Source of the DNA: an uncultured Actinomycetota bacterium
Lineage (GTDB): Bacteria > Actinomycetota > Actinomycetes > Propionibacteriales > Nocardioidaceae
DNA length: 64,000 nt
Reading direction: 5' to 3'
NCBI GenBank assembly: GCA_963759065.1
Contig: CAVWYA010000010.1
Span: 321,231 to 385,230 of the forward strand
In this document: in pieces, positions 19,874 to 30,757 of the stretch
Layout of the letters: the number at the start of each line of letters is the position of its first letter
Numbering within the stretch: position 1 is the stretch's first letter
Position numbers and translations under genes: made by a program
Notes under the pieces: generated by a model
Seen by the model: the letters and a program-made list of their open reading frames with translations, nothing else
Database searches by the model: none
What the model was told of the DNA's origin: nothing

Positions 19874-20746
19874 CTAGCGAGGCGTACGACGCCCGCGGAG
19901 CGTGTCGCGGCAGGCACCTGCTCCCAGACCTGCTGCGCCCACTTCCCGGCCTCGTGGTTGAGCCGCTCGGGACAGAGCCGCCACTCCAGGATGCTGCGGG
20001 CGCGCACGAAGGTGGCGTTGGGCAGCTCCGCGGCCAGCATCGCCGCGTCGGCGGCCGGGTGGATCGGGTCGGCGGGGTGGCCGACCACCAGCGCCGGCGC
20101 GGCGATCTGCCGACGCCGCTTGGCCGGCGGGGCCGACCCGGCCGAAGAACAGCCCGTGCACCACCGCCGCCACCGACTCGGAGCGCTGGTCGAGGGTGTC
20201 GAGGGCGATGCCCACCCAGAACGGCACCACCCCCCGCGGGACGGGGCGGGTGATCACGCGCAGCCCGTCGACCGTGAACGGCAGGAACCGGGCCGCGAAC
20301 ATCAGCGGCGCGAACGCGAGGATGCCGGCCTCGACGGCGTTGTCCAGCACCGGCATCTCGGCCAGCAGCCCGCGCACCCGCTTCGGCGCCAGGTCGGCGA
20401 CCTCGAGTGCGACGTTCGCGCCGAGCGACGTACCGCCCACGATCGCCTGGTCTGCCCCCAGGTGGTCGAGCAGCGCCACGACCTGCTCCGCGAAGGCGGT
20501 CATGGAGTAGACGAGCGGGTCCGCGGGGCGGTCCGAGCGGCCGTGGCCGAGCAGGTCGAGGGTGACCACGTGCAGCCCCTCGGCCGCCAGCGCCCGGGCC
20601 AGCGGCTGGTGCATCCTGCGCGGCATCAGCTGCCCGTGCAGGAGCACGACCCAGCGGTCGCCGGCGCCGTACTCGGTGTACTCCAGCCGGTCCCGGCCCG
20701 ACCCGGCGTCCACGAAGAACTGGCCGATGCGCTCGGAGACCAACAT
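19874..20746 (-). pseudogene. Alpha/beta hydrolase with internal frameshift (extra base near 20133; possible compensating loss near 19890)
   Basis: N-terminal HG, DLLGHGRS, GTSLG motifs; the conserved PALVVGHPADPIHP segment lies in a different frame (ORF 19777-20088). Could be a sequencing error. Confidence 0.75.
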
Positions 20747-20864
20747 GCCGCCAGCCTAGATCCGGAGTGCGGGGGTACGGCGTCAAGGCAGGACCGATGC
20801 CCCGCCCCGCGTCGAATGCACGAACATCCCGCGCGAGACGGGCGGGGTGGCAGAGACTGGTGGG

Positions 20865-23669
20865 GTGACGTCCCACGCCGATCGACCCCTCGGCTGGGCA
20901 GCTTCCCTGGCCCTGGTCGCAGGGGTCGTCGCCGCCGGTGCCGTCGCGGTGCGTCTCGCGCCCGACGGGCGAGCAGTTGCGACGTTCTGGCCCGCGGCCG
21001 GGCTGGGACTGATCCTCCTGTCACTGACCCCGATCCGCCGGTGGCTGTCCCTCGCGCCGCTGCTGGCCGTCGCGACGGTGGCCGGCGACCTGATAGCCGA
21101 GCGGAGCCTCCAGCTCGCCATCGCCCACGGCGTGGTCGAGGCGATCGCGCTGGTCATCGCGGCGCTGCTGGTCACGCACGGCGGCCGGATCAAGCCGCGG
21201 CTGGTCGACCAGGAGGACTTCGTCCGGCTGTTCGGCGCAGCCGTGGTCAGCGGCGGCATGCTCGTCCTCGGCGGCGCGAGCTCCTCGCGGCTGGTCACCC
21301 TCGAGCCGCTCGGGGTGTCGCTGGCAGCCTCGTTCGCCGCACACGTCACCGCGGTGCTGCTGCTCTTCCCGCTCGCTGTCGTCACGGAGCACCACTGGAC
21401 GGGCCGCAAGCTCGAGCTCTTCGCCCAGATCCTGTTGCTCTCGGCGGCGAGCGTGCTCACCTTCGTGCCCGGCGCCAGCTCCACGCTGACCTTCGCGCCG
21501 GTGCTGCTCCTGGCGTGGGCCGCGCTCCGCTTCGACCTGCGCATCGCCTGCGCCGAGCTCGTCCTGGTCGGCATCTTCGTCACGGCGCAGACGGTCGGCG
21601 GGGTCGGTCCGTTCGGCGACGCCGTGGAAACCGACCGCGTCAGCTCACTGACCGGCGGGGTCCTGACGCAGGGCTACCTGGCCTGCGCCGCGCTGCTGGT
21701 CCTGCCGCTCGGCATCGCCGTGCAGCGCAACACGATCCTGCTGGACCGGATCACCGCCGACGGCAGGCTCTTCCGCCGCAACTTCACCGAGTCACTGGTC
21801 GGCATGGCGTTCCTCGAGCCCGACGCGACCGGACGAGACCTCATCATCGTCGACCTCAACGACACGGCCCTGGCCATCCTCGGGGGCCGGGAGGAGTCGC
21901 TGCTGGGTCTGCGGGTCAGCGACGTGATGGACGTCGGGCCGGACTACGAGGAGGCGCTGCCCCGGCTGATCTCCGGGTCCATCGACGGCTGGCGGGTCGA
22001 GGGACCTCTCGCGTTCGCCCGCTCCGGGCAGGTCACGCTCCAGATCTCCGCGCTGGGCGACAGCGGCGACGAGCCGTTCTTCGCCGCCCAGCTGCTCGAC
22101 GTCACCGCGGAGTACGACGCGCGGCACGGCCTCGAGGCTGCTCAGACACTCACCAACGCGACCCTCGACACCACCAACTGCATCATCATGGTGACGAACC
22201 TCGAGGGCATCGTGGTCCGGGTCAACCACGCCACGTCGGTGATCACCGGCTACCGCGAGGAAGAGCTGCTGGGCCGCAAGGTCTGGGAGACCGGAATCAC
22301 CCCCTCCGACGCCGACGACGTCGAGGCGCTGATCATGTGGCCCAACCGGTCCGGCGTACCGATCGTGCGGGAGTCGGACTCGATCACCAGGACCGGCGAG
22401 AAGCTCCGCATCGTCTGGAACACCAACATCGTCCGGGACGACAACCTGAACCCGATGTACGCCGTGATGACCGGCATCGACGTCACCGCGGAGCGCACCA
22501 CCGCGGGGCTGGTCAACCACCTGATGGAGGCGTCCCTGACCACCGCCATCGTCGGCATCGACACCGCCGGCCGGATCTCGGTGGCCAACTCGGGCCTCCA
22601 GCACCTCCTCGGCTACGAGCGGGACGAGCTGGTCGGGGAGCCGTTCCACCGGCTGCTCAAGTCGTCCGAGCTGCTGGAGCGCACGGGCGCGGACACCATC
22701 GACGAGGCCTTCGACATCCTGGTCCGCGGCCTCGGCCGGGACGGCGAGACCCGGGCGCGGGACTGGACCTGGATGACCAGGATCGGCAGCGAGCAGCTGG
22801 TCTCCATGACGCTGTCGGTCGCCCAGGACGCGTTCGCCGCGCAGAGCGGCTACCTGTGCGTGGCCCGCGACGTCACCGAGCAGCGCAACAGCCAGGAGAT
22901 GCTGATCGCCGCGCTCGACAAGGAGCGCACCGCCGTCGAGCGGCTCCGGTTGCTCGACCAGGCCAAGAACGAGTTCGTGTCCACCGTCTCCCACGAGCTG
23001 CGGACGCCGGTCACGAGCATCGTCGGCTACACCGAGATGATGGCCGACGGGACGATCGTCGAGCCGCTGCCCGAACAGCTGCCGCTGCTGGAGACGATCA
23101 ACCGCAACGGCCAGCGGCTGATCTCCATGATCAACGACCTGCTGATGTTGTCGGGCCTCGACTCCGAGACCGTCCAGTGGCGCCACGACGCGGTCGACCT
23201 GGCCGCCACCATCGGCCCGATCGAGGAGGCCATGCGGCCGCTCCTCAACAGCCGCCACCTCACCTTCGAGGTCACCCGCCCCGGACGCGCCGTACCCGTT
23301 CTCGGCGACCGCGCCCAGCTCGAGCGGGTCATGATCAACCTGCTTTCGAACGCCGTGAAGTTCACCGAGGACGACGGCACCATCGGCTTCGGCGTCGACG
23401 TCGTCGACGACCACGCGGTCATCACCGTCACCGACACCGGCATCGGCATCCCCACCGACGAGCAGGGCGACCTGTTCCAGCGGTTCTTCCGCTCCTCCAC
23501 CGCACAGGTCCGCCAGATCCAGGGCACCGGCCTCGGCCTGTCCATCGTGGCCGCGATCGTCTCCGGCCACGGCGGCACCATCGAGGTGAAGTCGGGCCAC
23601 CTCCAGGGCTCGACGTTCACGGTCAGGCTGCCGGTCGCGAAGTCCGAGCGGCTCACGCACGCCGGCTGA
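20865..23669 (+). CDS. Sensor histidine kinase (MASE1-like TM region, multiple PAS, HisKA, HATPase)
   Basis: FWPAAG MASE1-like motif, PAS repeats, SHELRTPV, NLLSNAVKFT, GTGLGLSI. Start 20847 or 20865. Confidence 0.92.
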   Translation: MTSHADRPLGWAASLALVAGVVAAGAVAVRLAPDGRAVATFWPAAGLGLILLSLTPIRRWLSLAPLLAVATVAGDLIAERSLQLAIAHGVVEAIALVIAALLVTHGGRIKPRLVDQEDFVRLFGAAVVSGGMLVLGGASSSRLVTLEPLGVSLAASFAAHVTAVLLLFPLAVVTEHHWTGRKLELFAQILLLSAASVLTFVPGASSTLTFAPVLLLAWAALRFDLRIACAELVLVGIFVTAQTVGGVGPFGDAVETDRVSSLTGGVLTQGYLACAALLVLPLGIAVQRNTILLDRITADGRLFRRNFTESLVGMAFLEPDATGRDLIIVDLNDTALAILGGREESLLGLRVSDVMDVGPDYEEALPRLISGSIDGWRVEGPLAFARSGQVTLQISALGDSGDEPFFAAQLLDVTAEYDARHGLEAAQTLTNATLDTTNCIIMVTNLEGIVVRVNHATSVITGYREEELLGRKVWETGITPSDADDVEALIMWPNRSGVPIVRESDSITRTGEKLRIVWNTNIVRDDNLNPMYAVMTGIDVTAERTTAGLVNHLMEASLTTAIVGIDTAGRISVANSGLQHLLGYERDELVGEPFHRLLKSSELLERTGADTIDEAFDILVRGLGRDGETRARDWTWMTRIGSEQLVSMTLSVAQDAFAAQSGYLCVARDVTEQRNSQEMLIAALDKERTAVERLRLLDQAKNEFVSTVSHELRTPVTSIVGYTEMMADGTIVEPLPEQLPLLETINRNGQRLISMINDLLMLSGLDSETVQWRHDAVDLAATIGPIEEAMRPLLNSRHLTFEVTRPGRAVPVLGDRAQLERVMINLLSNAVKFTEDDGTIGFGVDVVDDHAVITVTDTGIGIPTDEQGDLFQRFFRSSTAQVRQIQGTGLGLSIVAAIVSGHGGTIEVKSGHLQGSTFTVRLPVAKSERLTHAG

Positions 23670-23691
23670 CGGCGAGCGCTGTCCGGTGGAG

Positions 23692-23706
23692 TAGGGGTTT
23701 CCCCTA
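23692..23706. promoter_or_regulatory. Palindrome TAGGGG-TTT-CCCCTA, possible regulator site
   Basis: Perfect 6-3-6 inverted repeat between the kinase stop and the gene remnant; cognate factor unknown. Confidence 0.35.
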
Positions 23707-23744
23707 GTGTCCGCGCGTCGCCCCGTCTGCAAGCCGCTGCCCAG

Positions 23745-24100
23745 GTGTCTGTCTCCGCCGTCTGGGAGCCCGACGTCGATGCCGACGGCTACGGCGACAG
23801 CACCCAGGACGCCTGCCCCCAGTCGGCCCTCAGCCAGGTGACCTGCCCACCCGCCGAGACGAAGGTCAAGCGGAAGCCGAAGAAGGTCAGCTCCGACCGG
23901 ACGGTCTCGATGAAGCTGCAGTCCACGGACGGTGCCACCTTCACCTGCGCCGTCGACGGCGGCCAGGCCAAGCCGTGCACGTCGCCGTACAACAAGACCT
24001 TCAAGTACGGCAAGCACACCATCCTGGTCACCGCGGTCAGCGCCGCCCGCATCCCCGACGCCACCCCGGTGAAGGTCAGGTTCCGCGTCGTCCGGCCTCC
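23745..24100 (+). pseudogene. C-terminal remnant of a secreted protein (acidic Ca-binding-like repeat + Ig-like domain)
   Basis: EPDVDADGYGDSTQDACP, then TFTCAVDG...PCTSP...GKHTILVTA...DATPVKVRF; no signal peptide; no stop before the downstream gene. Confidence 0.65.
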
Positions 24101-24143
24101 GCAGCGCTTGCTGCGGGTGCTGGCGCCCTGCCACGCTCTCGTC

Positions 24144-25271
24144 ATGGCGCGCGTGCTGTTCACGTCATGCCCTGCGTACGGGCACCTGCTGCCCATGCTG
24201 CCCCTGGTCCGGGCGGCCGTGCGGGCCGGCAATGACGTGCGGGTCGCCACGGGCCCCGACCTCCTCGGCCCGCTGACCTCGCGCGGGCTCGACGCGCGCG
24301 GCGTCGGGCCGACCTGGCAGGAGGCGTGGTCGGCGCACCAGGCCGTGTGGGCGGCTCCGGACGTGCCCGAGGAACAGAAGATGATGGACGGAGTGGTGAC
24401 GCTCTTCGGTACGCCGGCCCTGGGCCGGCTCACTGACCTGGTCGAGCTGACGCAGGAGTGGCGGCCCGACGTCATCGTCCACGAGGTGCTCGAGGCGGCC
24501 GGGTCCCTGCTGGCCCGGAGACTCGGAGTGCCAGGGGTCGTGCACGGCTTCGGGCCGATGTTCCCGCTCTTTGCGGACCTCCTGGGCCCCACGGGTGCCG
24601 CCATCGGCCAGCCCGACCTGTGGGTGCTGGCGTCGTCCGAGCGAGCCCTGGACATCTGTCCCCCCTCGCTGCAGCCCGAAGGTCCACCGCCGTGGCCGGA
24701 AGCGACCCCGCTGCGGCCGAGCGCCGGTGAGCCGGGCGAGGTGCCGGCGCGGGTGGCCGAGGCGCTGGCGGGCGACCGACCCGTCGCCTACTTCACCCTG
24801 GGCACGGTCAAGAACGCCGAGGCCGCCGACTTCACGACCGGGCTCACCGCCCTGGCCGGCTACGACGGCGTCGTGATCGCGACGACGGGGCGGCCGATCG
24901 GACCCGAGGAGCTGGGACCGATCCCGGCGAACGTCATCGTCGAGCAGTTCGTCCCACAGGCCCCGGTGCTCGAGCGCGCCGACCTCCTGGTCTCCCACAG
25001 TGGGTCGGGCACGATGCTGGGCGGCCTCGTGCACGGCGTACCGCAGGTGGCCCTGCCGCGCGGCACCGACCAGCCGCAGAACGCCGCCCTGCTGGCCATC
25101 GCCGGTGCCGGTCTCGTCGTCGCCCCGGAGGACTACGCCGTCGACACGATCCGGTCCGCGGTCGCAGAGGTGACCGGCGACCCGGCGTACCGGACGGCGG
25201 CCGAGCGCGTGCGCGACGAGATCGCCGCCATGCCCGACGCCGACGCGGTGTGGGCCGGCATCGCCGTCTGA
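24144..25271 (+). CDS. GT1 family glycosyltransferase (MGT/EryCIII-like)
   Basis: GHLLP, YFTLGT, FVPQ..VL...DL.VSHSGSGT, P...DQ..NA; leaderless -10 CACGCT 6 nt upstream of the ATG. Confidence 0.9.
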   Translation: MARVLFTSCPAYGHLLPMLPLVRAAVRAGNDVRVATGPDLLGPLTSRGLDARGVGPTWQEAWSAHQAVWAAPDVPEEQKMMDGVVTLFGTPALGRLTDLVELTQEWRPDVIVHEVLEAAGSLLARRLGVPGVVHGFGPMFPLFADLLGPTGAAIGQPDLWVLASSERALDICPPSLQPEGPPPWPEATPLRPSAGEPGEVPARVAEALAGDRPVAYFTLGTVKNAEAADFTTGLTALAGYDGVVIATTGRPIGPEELGPIPANVIVEQFVPQAPVLERADLLVSHSGSGTMLGGLVHGVPQVALPRGTDQPQNAALLAIAGAGLVVAPEDYAVDTIRSAVAEVTGDPAYRTAAERVRDEIAAMPDADAVWAGIAV

Positions 25272-25366
25272 CCCGATCGGGCCTCCGTCGCCAGCGAGCC
25301 CCGATGAGCCCGGGTCACGACGCGCCGGACGGCGCGTCGCTCCCGGTGCTCACCGAGGACTCGGAG

Positions 25367-25399
25367 CTATTGCCTTGCTACTGCCTTGCTACTGCCTTG
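25367..25399 (-). repeat. 11-bp tandem repeat x3 (CAAGGCAGTAG) at the gene end
   Basis: Units at 25389-25399, 25378-25388 and 25367-25377 (last has one mismatch); each ends in TAG on the minus strand. Confidence 0.9.
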
Positions 25400-26450
25400 C
25401 GATGCTGGCGTCCGCAGTGACCTTGGGCGTGGAGCCGCACGGAGCGGCGGCGCCCTTGGCCTCCTTGAGCTTCTTCTTCGCCTTCTTCAGCTTCTTCTTG
25501 GCCTTGGCGATCTTCTTGGCGTCGCCGGACTTCTTGGCCTTCTTCAGCGCCTTCTTGGCCTTGCTGACCGACTTGGTGGCCTTGGCCACGGCGGCGTCCA
25601 GCGTCGGGCAGTCGTAGGCCGTGAACGACACCGTCGCCGGCGTGGTGTCGGTGTTGCCTGCGGCGTCAGTCGCCGCCACCGAGAAGGTGTGCTGCCCCGG
25701 GGTCACGGTGATCGTCTTGGGGCTGGAGCACGCCGCAGCGGCGCCGGTGTCGACCTTGCAGTTGAACGTCGACGGGGTCTCGTTGGACGTGAAGGTGATC
25801 GGGAGGGTCAGCGACTTGGAGACGCCGCCCGCCGGACCGCTGGCCGTGGTGTTGGGCGCCGTGGTGTCCGGAGGCGTGAACTGGATGCTCACGTCGTCGA
25901 CCATCATGGCGGTCAGGCCCGCAGCACCGTTGAGGTAGTTGAACGACAACGTGTGGCTGCCACCGTCGGCGAACGTCGTGATGTCGACGGTCTGCTGCTC
26001 GTAGTCGGCCATCGCGTCCAGGACCTCGGTGTGGGTCTTGACCGTGGTGCCGTCGACCTTGACCGTCAGGGTCGCGTCGAACGGGGCGGTGCCCCCGGGG
26101 AAGAAGTACCAGTAGGTCAGTGAGTTCGCCCCGACCGGGATGTTCAGCGTCTGGGAGACGCTGCCGGTGTGACCGGCCGTGGCCGAGCCGCCGAACCACG
26201 CCCACCAGGATCCGGCGTGGGCGAAGTCGAACCCGCAGCTGGCGTCGCAGATCGGGCTGCCGAAGAGGGAGTCCGCCTCCGTCCAGCCCGGGCTGTCGCC
26301 GGCGACCGTGGACTCGAAGCCCGGGTCCTGGATGAGCTCGTCGGCGCCCGCGGGCGAGCTCAGGCCCTGCCCGAGCACCAGACCGACGGTGAGCGCCGCA
26401 GCGCCCGAGACTCCGATGAGTTTTCTGAGAGCTTTTCTGCGCAAGAACAT
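25389..26450 (-). CDS. Secreted protein (jelly-roll/CBM-like domain + Ig-like domain + Lys-rich tail)
   Basis: Signal peptide, DPGFE...DDVS pattern, PDTTAPNT...FNCKVD...GQHTFSV, AKKKLKKAKKKLK tail. Confidence 0.85.
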   Translation of the reverse strand: MFLRRKALRKLIGVSGAAALTVGLVLGQGLSSPAGADELIQDPGFESTVAGDSPGWTEADSLFGSPICDASCGFDFAHAGSWWAWFGGSATAGHTGSVSQTLNIPVGANSLTYWYFFPGGTAPFDATLTVKVDGTTVKTHTEVLDAMADYEQQTVDITTFADGGSHTLSFNYLNGAAGLTAMMVDDVSIQFTPPDTTAPNTTASGPAGGVSKSLTLPITFTSNETPSTFNCKVDTGAAAACSSPKTITVTPGQHTFSVAATDAAGNTDTTPATVSFTAYDCPTLDAAVAKATKSVSKAKKALKKAKKSGDAKKIAKAKKKLKKAKKKLKEAKGAAAPCGSTPKVTADASIARQ

Positions 26451-26470
26451 GACGAGGGGGCCTCCAACCC

Positions 26471-26506
26471 GAGATGCATCTCCGAATACCTAAGAGAATT
26501 CTTAGG
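26471..26506. promoter_or_regulatory. Two palindromes upstream of the secreted-protein gene
   Basis: GAGATGCATCTC (26471-26482) and CCTAAGA-N4-TCTTAGG (26489-26506) in an AT-richer intergenic region. Confidence 0.4.
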
Positions 26507-26619
26507 GCTCGCAGAGTCTCGCCCGTAAGGCGCCGTTTGTCACGCATCTTCGGGGTGCGGAAGTTTCAACGACTTTGCGGCACGTTGGCGACGGCGGAGA
26601 CCCAACGGCACCATTCGCC

Positions 26620-28470
<1,851 letters not shown>

Positions 28471-28553
28471 TCACCATAGCCGCTGCGGTCCGAGCACCGC
28501 AGCCCCGTTCCGGCGACTGGTATGTGGCGAGGTCACGAGGCTGGGGCCCGACC

Positions 28554-28648
28554 ACCGCTCATCGAGCCTGTCGAGATGTCCGCAACCTCCGCTCCTGCGC
28601 AATTCCCAGCGGCGGGCTGCGGTGGTCTCGACAAGCTCGACCAGCGGT
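28554..28648. repeat. REP/REPIN-like inverted pair
   Basis: ACCGCTCATCGAGCCTGTCGAGAT (28554-28577) versus the reverse complement of GTCTCGACAAGCTCGACCAGCGGT (28625-28648), 20/24 identical; each arm is itself palindromic (TCGA-N5-TCGA). Confidence 0.75.
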
Positions 28649-28687
28649 GAGCCAGTCCCAGCGCGGGCTCGGTGCGAGACTGGGCGG

Positions 28688-28834
28688 GTGAAGACCCGCA
28701 TCCAGTGCCCGTGTGGTCAGGTCATCGTCGGCGAGACCGAGGACGAGCTCGTGGAGCGCACCAACGCGCACCTGTACGACGAGCACGACGGTCGGACCTA
28801 CGACCGCGACATGATCCTGATGATGGCGACCTGA
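28688..28834 (+). CDS. Small DUF1059-like protein
   Basis: 48 aa, CPCG...GETEDELV...HL..EH pattern. Confidence 0.8.
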   Translation: MKTRIQCPCGQVIVGETEDELVERTNAHLYDEHDGRTYDRDMILMMAT

Positions 28835-28838
28835 GCCG

Positions 28839-29171
28839 TCAGACCATGACTCGGGTCCAGGCGGCCCGCGCGTGCAGCCCCGGCATCCCGAACGCCCACA
28901 TCATCACGAGGGCGTGGGCCTCGCTGAAGTCGGGAGCCGTGGTCTGGAAGTGCTGGTCGGCGCTGCCCTGGCGGTACTCGACGACATAGGTCCCGTCACC
29001 GCTGCGGGCCGCCTGCACGTACGTCTGGCCGTCGGTGTCGCCGACGGACTCGACGATCAGGAAGGTGCCCTCGCCGGCCTCGAGATCCTCGAACAGCAGC
29101 CGCAGTGCGTCCTCGGAAGGATCCTCGATCGTGTCTCCCGACTCCGTGGTCGCGCGCAGGACAGCGGTCAC
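28839..29171 (-). CDS. Hypothetical protein
   Basis: 110-aa protein-like frame; GTG overlaps the upstream TGA (GTGA coupling). Confidence 0.75.
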   Translation of the reverse strand: MTAVLRATTESGDTIEDPSEDALRLLFEDLEAGEGTFLIVESVGDTDGQTYVQAARSGDGTYVVEYRQGSADQHFQTTAPDFSEAHALVMMWAFGMPGLHARAAWTRVMV

Positions 29172-30187
29172 GGGAGCAGACCTCGCAGGATCTCGCCGGC
29201 CGGCCGCGCCTCGACGGCCCGGTGCCCCGCGCCGGCCCACAGGTTGACGTGCTCGGGGTTGCCCGCCGCGGCTGCGGCCCGGCGGATCGGGCTGGTGAGG
29301 TGGTGCAGGGCCGGGTAGCCCAGCGGGCCTCGACCGTCGTACGCCGCCAGGAACTCGTTGGGCAGTCCGCTCGCGGGGCGCCCGGAGAAGGCCGCGGTCG
29401 TGACCGGGTCGCCGCGGTCCGCCTCGAACCCGGCCCGGTGCGCGGGGTTGGTGCCGGCCTCGGTCGCGAGCAGCAGGAGGGTCCCGACCGCGACGGCGTC
29501 CGCGCCCGCCTCCAGCGCCGCGGTGACGTCCGCGCTGCTGCCGACACCGCCGACGGCCATGATCGGGAGGTCCGTCGCTGCGCGCACGGCTCGGATCAGT
29601 GCGGGGAGCCTGAGCCGCTCGGGCGGCCGGGCCGGGGTGAACGTGCCCCAGTGGCCGCCCGCGTCGGGTGACTGCACGATGAGCGCGTCCATCGAGGCCT
29701 CGACGGACCGCAGCGCCTCGTCGGGAGAGGTGACCGTCTGGACGAGCGTGCAACCTGCGCTCCTCAACCGCGCTGTGGCCGTGGCCTCGGGAAGTCCGAA
29801 GGTGAACGACACCAGGGGCGGTGCCACCTCGACCAGCAGGTCGACCTTGTCCTGCCAGCCGTCGTCGTCCTCGACCGGCGTCGCCGGCAGGTCGACGGCG
29901 TACGACTCGGCCAGTGGGAGCAGCAGGTCGCGAAACGCGGCGTACGCCGCCGGGTCGACCGGTTCGGGGTTGGGCGAGAACAGGTTGACCCCGTAGCGGT
30001 CCGTGGTCGCCCGCACCTCCGCCACCTGCTCCGCCAGGGCCTCGGCGGTCTTGTAGCCACCCGCCAGCGACCCGCCGGAGCCGACCTCCACGGCGGCGAG
30101 GACCAGCGCCGACGTCGTGGGACCACCCGACATCGGCGCCGCCACGACCGGGAGCTCGCTCCCCATGAGGTCGAGCAGGTTGGTCAC
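29168..30187 (-). CDS. Nitronate monooxygenase family flavoprotein
   Basis: PVVAAPMSGG, VSFTFG, AGGHWG, GGVG, VAVGTLLL..EAG, NLWAG. Confidence 0.9.
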   Translation of the reverse strand: MTNLLDLMGSELPVVAAPMSGGPTTSALVLAAVEVGSGGSLAGGYKTAEALAEQVAEVRATTDRYGVNLFSPNPEPVDPAAYAAFRDLLLPLAESYAVDLPATPVEDDDGWQDKVDLLVEVAPPLVSFTFGLPEATATARLRSAGCTLVQTVTSPDEALRSVEASMDALIVQSPDAGGHWGTFTPARPPERLRLPALIRAVRAATDLPIMAVGGVGSSADVTAALEAGADAVAVGTLLLLATEAGTNPAHRAGFEADRGDPVTTAAFSGRPASGLPNEFLAAYDGRGPLGYPALHHLTSPIRRAAAAAGNPEHVNLWAGAGHRAVEARPAGEILRGLLP

Positions 30188-30215
30188 GAATCGAGATTAG
30201 GGCAGGCTCGCGAGG

Positions 30216-30701
30216 ATGGCTCGCCTGCTTGTCGTACATCACTCCCCGACCGACACCGTGCGGTCGCTGACCGAAGCGGTCGTCGCCGGCGCCCACGACG
30301 ACGCCATCGAGGGCGTCGAGGTCGTCGTGCGTCCGGCGCTCGAGGCGCGGGCCGACGACGTGCTCGGAGCGGACGGCTACCTGTTGGGCACGCCCGCGAA
30401 CTTCGGCTACATGTCCGGAGCCCTGAAGCACTTCTTCGACACGATCTTCCTGGAGGCCGGAGGCGCGCTCAGCGACGACGGCTCGGCGAGCCCGGCGACC
30501 GGCGGGAAGAAGCCGTTCGGGCTGTGGGTGCACGGCCGCTACGACACGACGGGTGCCGTCCGGTCGGTGCTGTCCATCGTGCAGGCGCTGCCGTGGACGC
30601 AGGCGGCGGACGTGCTGGAGGTGCTCGGCGACGTGACGGAGGAGCACACCGGGGCGGCGTACGAGCTGGGCGGGACGCTGGCGGCTCTCCTGATGGACTG
30701 A
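30216..30701 (+). CDS. Flavodoxin-like (WrbA-type) protein
   Basis: HHSPT, GTPANFGYMSGALKHFFD. Confidence 0.85.
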   Translation: MARLLVVHHSPTDTVRSLTEAVVAGAHDDAIEGVEVVVRPALEARADDVLGADGYLLGTPANFGYMSGALKHFFDTIFLEAGGALSDDGSASPATGGKKPFGLWVHGRYDTTGAVRSVLSIVQALPWTQAADVLEVLGDVTEEHTGAAYELGGTLAALLMD

Positions 30702-30757
30702 ATCGTCCCCGTCCCCTCGGTAGGCTCTGCCCGGTTCGGGACACTTGGGGAGGTCAT

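Noticed and set aside
19169-23707. 1512-aa ORF on + strand
   Set aside because: Arg/Gly/Pro-rich shadow frame overlapping recO, the hydrolase and the kinase; typical of stop-poor high-GC DNA.
23745-25271. Single 508-aa fusion CDS
   Set aside because: The GT has its own leaderless promoter and ATG at 24144; the upstream part looks like a gene remnant.
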